64,000 nucleotides of DNA, from assembly GCA_041686075.1 (NCBI GenBank), contig JAWLEO010000013.1, positions 12,816 to 76,815 of the forward strand, in the 5' to 3' direction. The DNA is from Bacteroidales bacterium. GTDB lineage: Bacteria; Bacteroidota; Bacteroidia; Bacteroidales; VadinHA17. The notes beneath the pieces were generated by a model that was not told where the DNA came from, did no database searches, and saw only the letters and a list, made by a program, of their open reading frames with translations. Positions 21,831 to 30,644 of the stretch are shown here, piece after piece. The number at the start of each line of letters is the position of its first letter. Position 1 is the first letter of the stretch. Both the position numbers and the translations under genes were made by a program.

Positions 21831-22584
21831 CCTTCCCTGCTATCTCATACAGGAGTATTCCTGCAGCAACCGATACATTAAGTGAATCTATGTTGCCAAT
21901 CATAGGCACTGACAGAGCTATATCTGTTATTTCCAATATCTCAGGACTGACACCCCTGTCTTCTGAACCCATTACCAGAACGGCAGGACCGCTTAGATCT
22001 ACAGAGCGGGGTTTATCACCTCCCTTCTCTGAGGCACTGATAATTTTAAGGCCTGAGTTTTTGAGGAAAGAAAGTGTTTTTACCATGCTTTTAACCCTTG
22101 ACACGGGAATCCTGTGAAGGGCACCTGCTGATGTTTTTATGGCCTCGGCATTTATTCTTGCAGCTCCTTTTTCAGGAATAATTATACAATGCACTCCGAA
22201 ACATTCCGCACTGCGGGCAATGGCTCCGAAATTTCGTACATCAGAGATATTGTTCAATGCGAGCAGAAAGGGATCGCTCCCTGATTCATAAATTCCCGGT
22301 AAAAGGGAAAATAAATCATGATACTCTATTTCGGAAAGCCAGGCTATGACTCCCTGGTGATTTTTTTGTGTTATCCTGTTAAGCTTTTCGGCGGGCACCA
22401 CCTGGTAGGGAATTGAGTGCTTTATTAACTTCTCCATAAGTTGGTGGTAAAGCGATCCTTTCAAACCCTTTTTCATTATCAGCCTGTCGATGGTCTTTCC
22501 GGATTCTATGGCTTCAAGCACAGGTCTCAGTCCAAAGATATAGTCGCTTTTGCCCTTCATATCATATCCCTCTAGGATTATCAA
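21826..22584 (-). CDS. rlmB: TrmH/SpoU family 23S rRNA 2-prime-O-methyltransferase
   Basis: About 245 aa with an N-terminal substrate-binding region (GLRPVLEAI) and the SpoU knot motifs (NFGAIARSA, LVMGSEDRGVS, SLNVSVAAGILLYE). The true start is probably the ATG at 22560 (MKGKSDY). Confidence 0.8.
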   Translation of the reverse strand: MIILEGYDMKGKSDYIFGLRPVLEAIESGKTIDRLIMKKGLKGSLYHQLMEKLIKHSIPYQVVPAEKLNRITQKNHQGVIAWLSEIEYHDLFSLLPGIYESGSDPFLLALNNISDVRNFGAIARSAECFGVHCIIIPEKGAARINAEAIKTSAGALHRIPVSRVKSMVKTLSFLKNSGLKIISASEKGGDKPRSVDLSGPAVLVMGSEDRGVSPEILEITDIALSVPMIGNIDSLNVSVAAGILLYEIAGKD

Positions 22585-23884
22585 GCCTGAAAACTATACC
22601 TGAACGCCATGTGCGTATGGCCTCATCCCAGTAAGAGGTTACACTTTCACTTCTGATCAATACATAATCATTCGTGCTGAAAGGATTTTCCCTTTTACTG
22701 AAGGTGAAATACAGATATTCATCTTCTATTTTATATCTTATGCCCCAACCTCTCTTTACCTGTCGTTTCAGGTATCCCCATCTTTCTCCTTCCTTTGTTT
22801 TATAAACCCTGTCAGGTGGGCCATAAATAATGTAAATCATACCCCTGTCCGTTCGCCAGCCTTCTTTATGCGAGGTGAAGAAATAATTGGCATATAAAAC
22901 ACGGTTATAATATATCCTGATTAATTCACGTGAACGTTCGATATTGCCGGTTATATTAAGCCAGAAATCGTCTAATGCTACCTTAATCCTGTCACTGTTT
23001 TTTATTTCCTCTATTTCGTTTTCGTTGCTGAGATAGATTAAGGGATTAATCATGGTTTCCGGTTCTTTCATGCCCGGAAATTCCTCTCCGAAATTAAAAA
23101 TACTGTAGCCTTCCAGCCTGTTGGTATCAGTAGTGCAAAGATAGATTCCTTTGTCTGGAAACATCAGGGGGAGAGTATCGGAATATGCAAGTGAAACAAT
23201 GTTTTCGGCTTCGGTGTCAATACTCCTTGAAGGCATTAACATTGATGGGGGTATGGGGCTGGCACTGTCAGGCTCAAAAAACATGATAAAAAGTGAGTCA
23301 ATGGGGTACCTGTACAAAACATTAACAAATTCATTAGGCCTTAGCACGTTATTGAATAGTTCTATCTTATTGAAATGACCCCGCACTTTGAAGTTATTCC
23401 TGCTCAGGTCAGAGGTTTTATTAAAAGGCAGGTGTGCCTGTATCCTGGTGTCCCTGATGAGATCCCTGATCACCAATTCAGCCTCATATTTTGACCCCGC
23501 AGAGGCACGCATGGGTATTGTATAAGTGTATTGGCGGTTACCTTCCCGCTTCCTTATGTTAACATTGTAAAAGCCGGTATCGACAGCAATTCGGCCCTGT
23601 GACATGTTATATAACTTGTATATTATGATGAGCTCGGCTTTTGGAACACCCTCGGGATTGGCTTCAGAGAAGAAGAGGTCATTGGTGAAAAATTTAATGG
23701 TGAGCTCAGATAAATCTTCACTGACATTATATATCTGGTATCTTGGGTGAATAGGATTCCTTAACGGATTGTATAAATAAGAAAGGTCTCTTAAGTCTGT
23801 TTCTTCCTGTTTAACAGGAACGCACGAGGACAGTATAATAATTCCAGCCAGTATAAAAAATAAATTATTAATCTTTCCCATCAT
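22562..23884 (-). CDS. GWxTD domain-containing protein
   Basis: 440 aa with a signal peptide/lipobox (ILSSC) and the eponymous motif GWRTDRGMIYIIYGPPD. Confidence 0.8.
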   Translation of the reverse strand: MMGKINNLFFILAGIIILSSCVPVKQEETDLRDLSYLYNPLRNPIHPRYQIYNVSEDLSELTIKFFTNDLFFSEANPEGVPKAELIIIYKLYNMSQGRIAVDTGFYNVNIRKREGNRQYTYTIPMRASAGSKYEAELVIRDLIRDTRIQAHLPFNKTSDLSRNNFKVRGHFNKIELFNNVLRPNEFVNVLYRYPIDSLFIMFFEPDSASPIPPSMLMPSRSIDTEAENIVSLAYSDTLPLMFPDKGIYLCTTDTNRLEGYSIFNFGEEFPGMKEPETMINPLIYLSNENEIEEIKNSDRIKVALDDFWLNITGNIERSRELIRIYYNRVLYANYFFTSHKEGWRTDRGMIYIIYGPPDRVYKTKEGERWGYLKRQVKRGWGIRYKIEDEYLYFTFSKRENPFSTNDYVLIRSESVTSYWDEAIRTWRSGIVFRLDNPRGI

Positions 23885-23886
23885 TT

Positions 23887-24060
23887 CTATGTCTTTGTTA
23901 AAAATAGCAAACTTTCTTCGATTATTTCCTCCAGGAAAAGATAAATTCCACCGTTAAATTCCCTGATCTTTCTATTCTTGAACTCATATATTTTATCAGT
24001 AAGCTAGTTCAGAAAATACCTGTCATGTGATACAACAATTAGTGTGCCACCATATTGATG
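23887..24060 (-). pseudogene. 3-prime remnant of an ABC-F type ATPase gene
   Basis: The reverse-strand translation reads HQYGGTLIVVSHDRYFLN*LTDKIYEFKNRKIREFNGGIYLFLEE...KT*. This is an ABC-F C-terminal signature with an in-frame TAG (24004-24006) and no upstream Walker motifs. Confidence 0.6.
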
Positions 24061-24137
24061 ATCAACAAATATAATAAAGTATAATTTCACTCAGGTTGGC
24101 AGATGATTAGCATCATCCCATTTTCCCAACTAATTAA

Positions 24138-24145
24138 TATATTTG
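24138..24145 (+). promoter_or_regulatory. candidate -7 promoter box for the phosphatase/ATPase cassette
   Basis: tatatttg matches TAnnTTTG, 40 nt upstream of ATG 24185. Confidence 0.35.
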
Positions 24146-24184
24146 CAGTATATTTAGGAACTAAAGACAAAAGCTTGCTAATAA

Positions 24185-24991
24185 ATGGATAAGGATAGAA
24201 AAGACTTTGATTCTGTTCTTTTTGCCCAGGCTATGGATGAGCACCTGTCAAGCCTGAGGTATGCAAGCATGATACAGAGATCATTAATGCCCGATACTTC
24301 CTTCCTTTCAGGAATACTTAAAGATCATTTCATATTTTATCTTCCGAAAGATTATGTCAGTGGAGATTTTTATTACGCTAACCAGAATGCAGGTTATACA
24401 GTTATCGCCGCTGGCGATTGTACTGGCCACGGTGTGCCAGGGGCATTGTTATCTATCCTGGGGATAAGTTTTTTAAATGAAATATTGCAGGGAAGAGAAA
24501 TTCTCCGCGCCAACAGGATACTTAACAGGATGAGGGAAAAAGTTATGGGGGCTCTTGATCAGCGGGGGCAGGAGTACGAACAAAAAGATAGCATTGATAT
24601 AGCTCTTTGTGTTTATGAACCATTGAGGTCAGTCATTCAGTATGCAGGGGCTAACAGACCACTGGTAAGAGTTAGTGAGGGTGAACTTACAGAAATAAAA
24701 CCTGATAAAATGCCAATTGGTGTAGCACCCCTGGAGGAAGTATCATTTACCAATCACAGGATAGAAGTAAAGCAGGGAGATCGCTTTTATATGTTCTCAG
24801 ATGGATACCCCGACCAGTTCAGTGAAGAGACAAATAAAAAATTTAAAATAAAAAACTTCAGAGAATTAATAGCACATGCATCAGGATGGAGCATGGAAAA
24901 GCAAAAAAGGCATATTGAAAATATTTTTTACGACTGGAAGGGTAGTACTGTGCAGGTGGATGATGTACTTGTTATGGGGTTTGAAATTTAA
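24185..24991 (+). CDS. stand-alone PP2C/SpoIIE-family serine phosphatase domain protein
   Basis: 268 aa with ASMIQRSLMP, SGDFYY, GDCTGHGVPGALLS, FSDGYPDQF and VDDVLVMGF, so all metal-binding Asp motifs are present. No sensor or TM region. Confidence 0.85.
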   Translation: MDKDRKDFDSVLFAQAMDEHLSSLRYASMIQRSLMPDTSFLSGILKDHFIFYLPKDYVSGDFYYANQNAGYTVIAAGDCTGHGVPGALLSILGISFLNEILQGREILRANRILNRMREKVMGALDQRGQEYEQKDSIDIALCVYEPLRSVIQYAGANRPLVRVSEGELTEIKPDKMPIGVAPLEEVSFTNHRIEVKQGDRFYMFSDGYPDQFSEETNKKFKIKNFRELIAHASGWSMEKQKRHIENIFYDWKGSTVQVDDVLVMGFEI

Positions 24992-24996
24992 AAACT

Positions 24997-27285
24997 ATGA
25001 GATTAACAGCTTTCCGAATAGAAAATTTCAGGTCGATTGTAGATACGGGCATGCAAACAATCTCACCTGATAATATAACTTGCCTCATAGGACAAAATGA
25101 GTCGGGAAAGACATCCATACTTGAAGGACTTCAGGTATTTTCATCCGGGGTGATCTCTGAGGATGTCCTAAGAAGTGACCTTTCACTGCCACGCGTTACA
25201 TGTAGCTTTGAGATACCCCAAGACTATCTGGACAACAAGTTACACCCGGTCAATGATGAATTTGATAAGATAGTAAAATCATTGAATAATATAACTCTTG
25301 TGCGTTCCTGGAAGGCTGACCTCAAATCACAAATGGATATCGGCGGAGAACTACTGGAATATATTGAGGCTTTGAATGAAAGCAGAAAAAAAGAGTTAGA
25401 TGATGCCGGCAACAAGATTATGAATTTCTGTTCTGAACTGGACGATGCAAGGAAACGGAAGGAATCTCTCAACCGTGAACTTCATAACATACAGATGAAG
25501 ATTGATGAACATCCTGCAAGAAAGGGCGGACTCAAATTTTTCAGAAAGAAGAATGCAGTAGTAAAAGACGGTAATGAAAAGACTCTTGATGAACTCAATG
25601 TAGCTTATGAAAAAAATCTCACTGAAATAAGTAAAATCAATTCTTTTCTGGAGGATAAGGCTACCCTGATAAAAGTTGTTGAAGACTGGTTAGAAACAGT
25701 GGCTGAGCTTGATAATATAAACAAAAGACTGGATGAAATTTCTGTAAGGTTGGAGGAAAGACACCAGACCATGACATTGCTATCAGGGCCTTCAATAGCT
25801 GAACTGTCCCGTGGGGAGTGGGAAAGAGTGCTTACTGAATATCAATCTGCAGTTAACAGGAAGGAAGAAGTGGAAAAGGAACGTGACCTGAAAATTTTAT
25901 TGTGCGGTTTTATTTTTGAGGGAATTGATGAAGAAAGGGCGAGGCTTAAGATCCAAAAAATTGAAGATGAAAGAAGACTTGAGTATCATCCCAAAGAACT
26001 GGGCGAGTTACTGTCAGCTGATTGTCCCCATTTTGAGATGTTTGAAGATTTCGGGAGCTTACTTCCCAACCGCATTGATATGGAAGACCTGGTGTCTGAT
26101 AACCAGAATGTGGAAGGATATAAGGCAGCAAGGAATTTCTTGACCCTGGCCGACCTCGATTATACATTTTTTCAGCAGCCCTCATCCCGGATACTCAAAC
26201 AAAAAATTGAAAATCTCAATGCAAAGCTAACACTTGATTTCCAGGATTTCTGGCAGCAATATGTGGGAAAACACAACAAAATAAGGATCAATTTCGAACT
26301 TGACCATTACAGTACCAATCACGGTGATAAAGCAGGAAAGCCCTACCTGGAATTCTGGGTTAAGGATGAAGGAGAAAGATTGTATCCAAAGCAGCGAAGC
26401 CGTGGCGTGAGGTGGTTCCTTTCTTTCTACCTGGAATTGATGGCAGCTTCGCGAAGGGATAAAAAGAAGCTAATCCTACTGGTTGATGAGCCTGGAGTGA
26501 GCCTGCATGCGAGGGCACAGGAAGATGTGCTGAAAGTGTTTGAAGATATAAAGGACGACATGCAGGTAATCTATACAACACATTCACCACACCTCGTTGA
26601 TGTAAATAAACTTCACAGGGTACTCGCCGTGCAAAGAGACGACGTGATAAGTCACAAATCAGCAACGGTAATTCTCGATGCCGCACGTTTAAGTGACGCC
26701 TCTCCCGATACTCTTTCACCCTTGCAGAGCATAATGGGCAATCCCGTTGGCAACCAGGAATTCTCGGTTGATAAATACAATATAATTGTTAATAATGTGG
26801 GCACGTTCTACATGATGAATGCTGCTATGAAGTTGACAGGTTATAAGGGCAGAATACACTTCATTCCTTCAACAGATGCCTCTTCCATACCCCTGATGTG
26901 TAATATACTTATGGGTTGGGGAATGAAATTTGCCGTCTTACTTTTCAATAACGAAAATGAGATAGAGATTGCAAGACAGCTGGAGAAACTGGTCTTTACT
27001 AATCAACCCGGTGAAAATGAGAACATAATAATAATGCCCGAACAATTTAAAAATGCCGAAGACCTGCTGTCGACCCTCGATTTTAAAAATCTGATACTAA
27101 AGACCAGGCAGGGCATTACAGTGTCTAATTCTGAGCATGTTAATATTAATGACCTCCCACGTAATTTTATCCTGAGCAAGTTCCTTGGAGATGTGAAGAA
27201 AGGTAAGATCACAAGAACAGATCTTGATGAGGAATCAAAGGAGAATCTCGTCCTCCTGGTGAATATACTCCAGAGATTTAAATAA
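24997..27285 (+). CDS. SMC/OLD-like ABC-type ATPase with a coiled-coil insertion and an uncharacterised C-terminal domain
   Basis: 762 aa. It has Walker A GQNESGKTS (residues 32-40), a long heptad-rich insertion, signature-like QRSRGVRWFLSF, Walker B LILLVDEPGVSLH and H-loop YTTHSPH. It starts 5 nt after the phosphatase stop. Confidence 0.8.
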   Translation: MRLTAFRIENFRSIVDTGMQTISPDNITCLIGQNESGKTSILEGLQVFSSGVISEDVLRSDLSLPRVTCSFEIPQDYLDNKLHPVNDEFDKIVKSLNNITLVRSWKADLKSQMDIGGELLEYIEALNESRKKELDDAGNKIMNFCSELDDARKRKESLNRELHNIQMKIDEHPARKGGLKFFRKKNAVVKDGNEKTLDELNVAYEKNLTEISKINSFLEDKATLIKVVEDWLETVAELDNINKRLDEISVRLEERHQTMTLLSGPSIAELSRGEWERVLTEYQSAVNRKEEVEKERDLKILLCGFIFEGIDEERARLKIQKIEDERRLEYHPKELGELLSADCPHFEMFEDFGSLLPNRIDMEDLVSDNQNVEGYKAARNFLTLADLDYTFFQQPSSRILKQKIENLNAKLTLDFQDFWQQYVGKHNKIRINFELDHYSTNHGDKAGKPYLEFWVKDEGERLYPKQRSRGVRWFLSFYLELMAASRRDKKKLILLVDEPGVSLHARAQEDVLKVFEDIKDDMQVIYTTHSPHLVDVNKLHRVLAVQRDDVISHKSATVILDAARLSDASPDTLSPLQSIMGNPVGNQEFSVDKYNIIVNNVGTFYMMNAAMKLTGYKGRIHFIPSTDASSIPLMCNILMGWGMKFAVLLFNNENEIEIARQLEKLVFTNQPGENENIIIMPEQFKNAEDLLSTLDFKNLILKTRQGITVSNSEHVNINDLPRNFILSKFLGDVKKGKITRTDLDEESKENLVLLVNILQRFK

Positions 27286-27298
27286 GAATTTTGAATTA

Positions 27299-27432
27299 GG
27301 CTAAGGCTAAGGCTAAGGCTTAGACCGCCGGAGACCGGTTAGGCAGGGATCATCGAATCGAAGATTCGGGACTAGCTTCATAATTCATATTTCATAATTC
27401 ATAATTCATAATTAATACTTAATACTTAATAC
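27299..27432. repeat. intergenic mosaic repeat block R3
   Basis: (GGCTAA)x3 plus GGCTTA at 27299-27322, and tcgaatcgaagattcgggact at 27353-27373 (identical to 21767-21787). Eight phase-locked heptamers follow (TTCATAA/TTCATAT x5, TTAATAC x3, 27377-27432), ending exactly at the stop codon of the convergent gene. Confidence 0.92.
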
Positions 27433-28959
27433 TTATTCTGTCCTGTAAATAGGATAAATATCCTTTGGTATATTTTCATATTCAATGGTGGTGAGATCAG
27501 CTGGCCCGAGACCGGGTGCATCAACTTCGAAAATGGCACCGGCAAGTCCGTTCTCATAAAAACCACGCCTGAAATGAACACGGGATTTAAGAGATATAAT
27601 ATCAATATCATCGATGTTCATGCCGAGATCATCAATTATACCCGCACTGGTTACCTGGTGAAGCTCGGGTGTGATAATTACCGTATTGTTATCTCCAAAT
27701 CTGACCAGGGCTACCTTTTCAAACCTGCCATACCTGTCAAAATATTCAAGGGTACCGTTTATTTCAACCGGTTCACCGGCATATTCATCTGCATAACCTC
27801 CTACCATGATATTAACGCTGTCACCGGCTTTTTTGCCTGACTCCTTCATATGCTCAATAAGCTTTTTGTCTGCTATGGTGGCTATGCAGAAATTCTCTGC
27901 CCCCTGCTTTACCAGTTCGGCCAGTATATGGGTGGAGTTGCCGGTTCGGTCACTGTGATCGGCTAAAACCACAGGTGTTTTACCTGCTTTTGCTGCTTCT
28001 ATGCCCAGGCGAACACCTTCGCTTGTCTTTGGCAGTTTCTTGCCTGCAAATTCATGTCGCACCCTCCATATATAATCGTTCATATCATTTGCTATCCGTT
28101 CAGCCAGTTCCTTGTCATCATTCGTTATAACCATTATTGTTGCCCCAACGTCAGGGACATCGGCATAAGCAAAGCCAAATGCGACAGATACATAAACACC
28201 TGGCATACGATCTTCCCATCGCCTGGCCCTTTCCATTATTTCCATTGCGGGAGAGACACCTGTGCCCTGGTATACGCTAGGTGTAATGACGCCCGGTTTC
28301 CTGGTAACCATCACTGGTTTATAATCACCCCTCAGAGTATTTATCATAAGCCTGCCTGCTCTTTCTCCCTGGCTATAGGTGTCGTAATGAGGGTATCTTT
28401 TAATTATTATAACCCCTGATGCTGCATCGGAGAGCTCATGATCTTCGTTTGCGTGCAGGTCAAGGCTTACTATCACAGGTATATCGCCGGCAACCTCTCG
28501 TATCCTTCTCACTATTTCCGCTTCAGGCTTGGGTATTCCACTTACTGCCATGGCACCATGCAGCGAAAGATATATACCATCATAGGGCCCCTTGGTTCTG
28601 ATATCTTCCTGCATGGCACCGGTGTATTTATCAAATGCTTCCCTTGTTATCCAGCTGCCTGAGGAACCTCCGACTGCATCCCTTGGTGATGTTATTCCTT
28701 CAAGTTTTACTCCACCATACTCCTTTATACGGTCAACAAAGCCCCTTATATATGAATCAGCACTCAGTACCTCATCACCTTCAAGAGGAGGTCCGTAATA
28801 CTCAAATTCATCAATACCGGTGGGCCTCGGACAAAAAGTGCATGTCTCATGCGAAAAAGTAGCTATGCCGATTTTGTAATCATCACTTTTTGATTGTTTT
28901 GTGCTGTCACACGATAGCAGAAAAGAAAGTGTAATGAAAATAACAACTAATTTTTTCAT
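27433..28959 (-). CDS. M81 family metallopeptidase (MlrC-like)
   Basis: 508 aa with a signal peptide/lipobox (LLSC) and the MlrC-type N- and C-terminal domain pattern (FSHETCTF, HGAM, SLDLHAN). Confidence 0.8.
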   Translation of the reverse strand: MKKLVVIFITLSFLLSCDSTKQSKSDDYKIGIATFSHETCTFCPRPTGIDEFEYYGPPLEGDEVLSADSYIRGFVDRIKEYGGVKLEGITSPRDAVGGSSGSWITREAFDKYTGAMQEDIRTKGPYDGIYLSLHGAMAVSGIPKPEAEIVRRIREVAGDIPVIVSLDLHANEDHELSDAASGVIIIKRYPHYDTYSQGERAGRLMINTLRGDYKPVMVTRKPGVITPSVYQGTGVSPAMEIMERARRWEDRMPGVYVSVAFGFAYADVPDVGATIMVITNDDKELAERIANDMNDYIWRVRHEFAGKKLPKTSEGVRLGIEAAKAGKTPVVLADHSDRTGNSTHILAELVKQGAENFCIATIADKKLIEHMKESGKKAGDSVNIMVGGYADEYAGEPVEINGTLEYFDRYGRFEKVALVRFGDNNTVIITPELHQVTSAGIIDDLGMNIDDIDIISLKSRVHFRRGFYENGLAGAIFEVDAPGLGPADLTTIEYENIPKDIYPIYRTE

Positions 28960-29043
28960 GTCATCTTTATTTTTGTGAACAGGCTAAGTTAAAAAATTAG
29001 GATCATATTTACTACCTTGGAACTTTAATAATAAAATTTATAT

Positions 29044-30096
29044 ATGATGAGAAATATAAAAGCTTATGCATTTATCCTGCTGGCTTTGTTGCTTTCAACC
29101 GCCGTGCAGGCACAGGTATACCCGGGTGAAAAGTGGCAAATAGCCAGGGATCCTGATGAATACGGATTTGACCTGGAAAAACTGGAGAAAGCCAGAGATT
29201 ATGCTGATTCAATCAGTACAGCTGCTGTAGTTATAGTGAAATCAGGTGTAATTGTATATGAATGGGGAGAGGTGGATAAGAAATATATGACACATTCAAT
29301 AAGGAAGAGTTTTCTGAGCGCCCTTTACGGAAATTATGTTAAGGAAGGTATTATTGACCTTGATAAAACAGTTTATGAACTGGGGCTGGATGATGAACCT
29401 CCATTGTCAGAGATTGAAAGAACCGCAACACTCAGAGAATGCCTTAAGGCCAGGTCAGGAATATATCATCCTGCATTGTATGAATCTAAACGTATGAAAG
29501 ACCTGAAACCGGAGAGACATACCCAGAAGCCAGGGACTCACTGGTATTATAACAACTGGGATTTTAATGTTTCGGGAACTGCTTTTGAAAAACTAACAGG
29601 AAAAAAAATCTTCCAGGCACTTGAAACAGAAATAGCAAATCCGATAGGTATGGAGGATTTCTCCGCTGAAGATGGTTGGTATGTCACAGGAGAGGAATCA
29701 GTTCATCCGGCCTATCCTTTCATTATCACAGCACATGACATGGCGAGATTTGGCCTGCTTATGTTAAGGAAGGGTAAGTGGAATGATAAACAGCTAATAC
29801 CCGAAGACTGGGTGGAAGAAAGCACACGCTACCACTCAGATGCAAGCCTTTACGGGAGTGATGGTTATGGATATATGTGGTGGGTGGCACGAGATCATAA
29901 TAAATATTCCCACCTGGCCGGGGTAAAATTGCCTGAAGGCACATATTCTGCCAGGGGCGCAGGAGGTCATTACATAGTTATCATTCCGCCGTACGACATG
30001 GTGGTGGTACACAGAGTGGATACCTTTGAAGATAATTCAGTTTCATCAGATGAGTTCGGGAAACTGATGAAGATGATACTTAATGCAAAGGAATAA
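29044..30096 (+). CDS. serine hydrolase, beta-lactamase/transpeptidase-like
   Basis: 350 aa with a signal peptide and an SxxK motif (SIRKS). Confidence 0.8.
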   Translation: MMRNIKAYAFILLALLLSTAVQAQVYPGEKWQIARDPDEYGFDLEKLEKARDYADSISTAAVVIVKSGVIVYEWGEVDKKYMTHSIRKSFLSALYGNYVKEGIIDLDKTVYELGLDDEPPLSEIERTATLRECLKARSGIYHPALYESKRMKDLKPERHTQKPGTHWYYNNWDFNVSGTAFEKLTGKKIFQALETEIANPIGMEDFSAEDGWYVTGEESVHPAYPFIITAHDMARFGLLMLRKGKWNDKQLIPEDWVEESTRYHSDASLYGSDGYGYMWWVARDHNKYSHLAGVKLPEGTYSARGAGGHYIVIIPPYDMVVVHRVDTFEDNSVSSDEFGKLMKMILNAKE

Positions 30097-30161
30097 TGTG
30101 AGAACAAGAACATGAAGACCTTAGTTTTGTTATGACTATAGAACAATTTTTATCGTGAATC

Positions 30162-30638
30162 ATGAAAAGACTTATAGGAATAACATTATTGTTTTTCACA
30201 ATGCTTGCCTATAGTTGCTATGAAATTAATACTGCCGATGATAAAATGACTCTTAATAATCCAATATTGAAATACCTGGCACTCGGCGATTCCTATACCA
30301 TCGGTGAGAGTGTCGATCCTTCCATGAGATGGCCTGTCCAACTTGTTGATAAATTGAGAGAAGACAGTGTCAATATGGCTGATGCCGAAATAATTGCGCA
30401 AACAGGATGGACAACAGATGAACTGATGAACGGAATAAAAAATGCCCAAACAGGTAATGATTATGACCTGGTATCTCAGCTCATTGGTGTAAATAATCAG
30501 TACAGGGAACGTGATATCACAAGACAGGCTTCCAGCGACCCGTCACTGGTAGCCAGTGACGACTTGCATCCCTCCGGCAAAATGTATGCACTGTGGGTTG
30601 ACAGGGTATATTCCCATGTCTACCAATTGTTAAAATAG
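30162..30638 (+). CDS. SGNH/GDSL hydrolase, apparently internally shortened
   Basis: 158 aa. Block I is LALGDSYTIGES, block III-like is LIGVNNQ, and block V is DDLHPSGKMY, but only about 25 residues separate blocks III and V. Confidence 0.65.
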   Translation: MKRLIGITLLFFTMLAYSCYEINTADDKMTLNNPILKYLALGDSYTIGESVDPSMRWPVQLVDKLREDSVNMADAEIIAQTGWTTDELMNGIKNAQTGNDYDLVSQLIGVNNQYRERDITRQASSDPSLVASDDLHPSGKMYALWVDRVYSHVYQLLK

Positions 30639-30644
30639 AACAAC

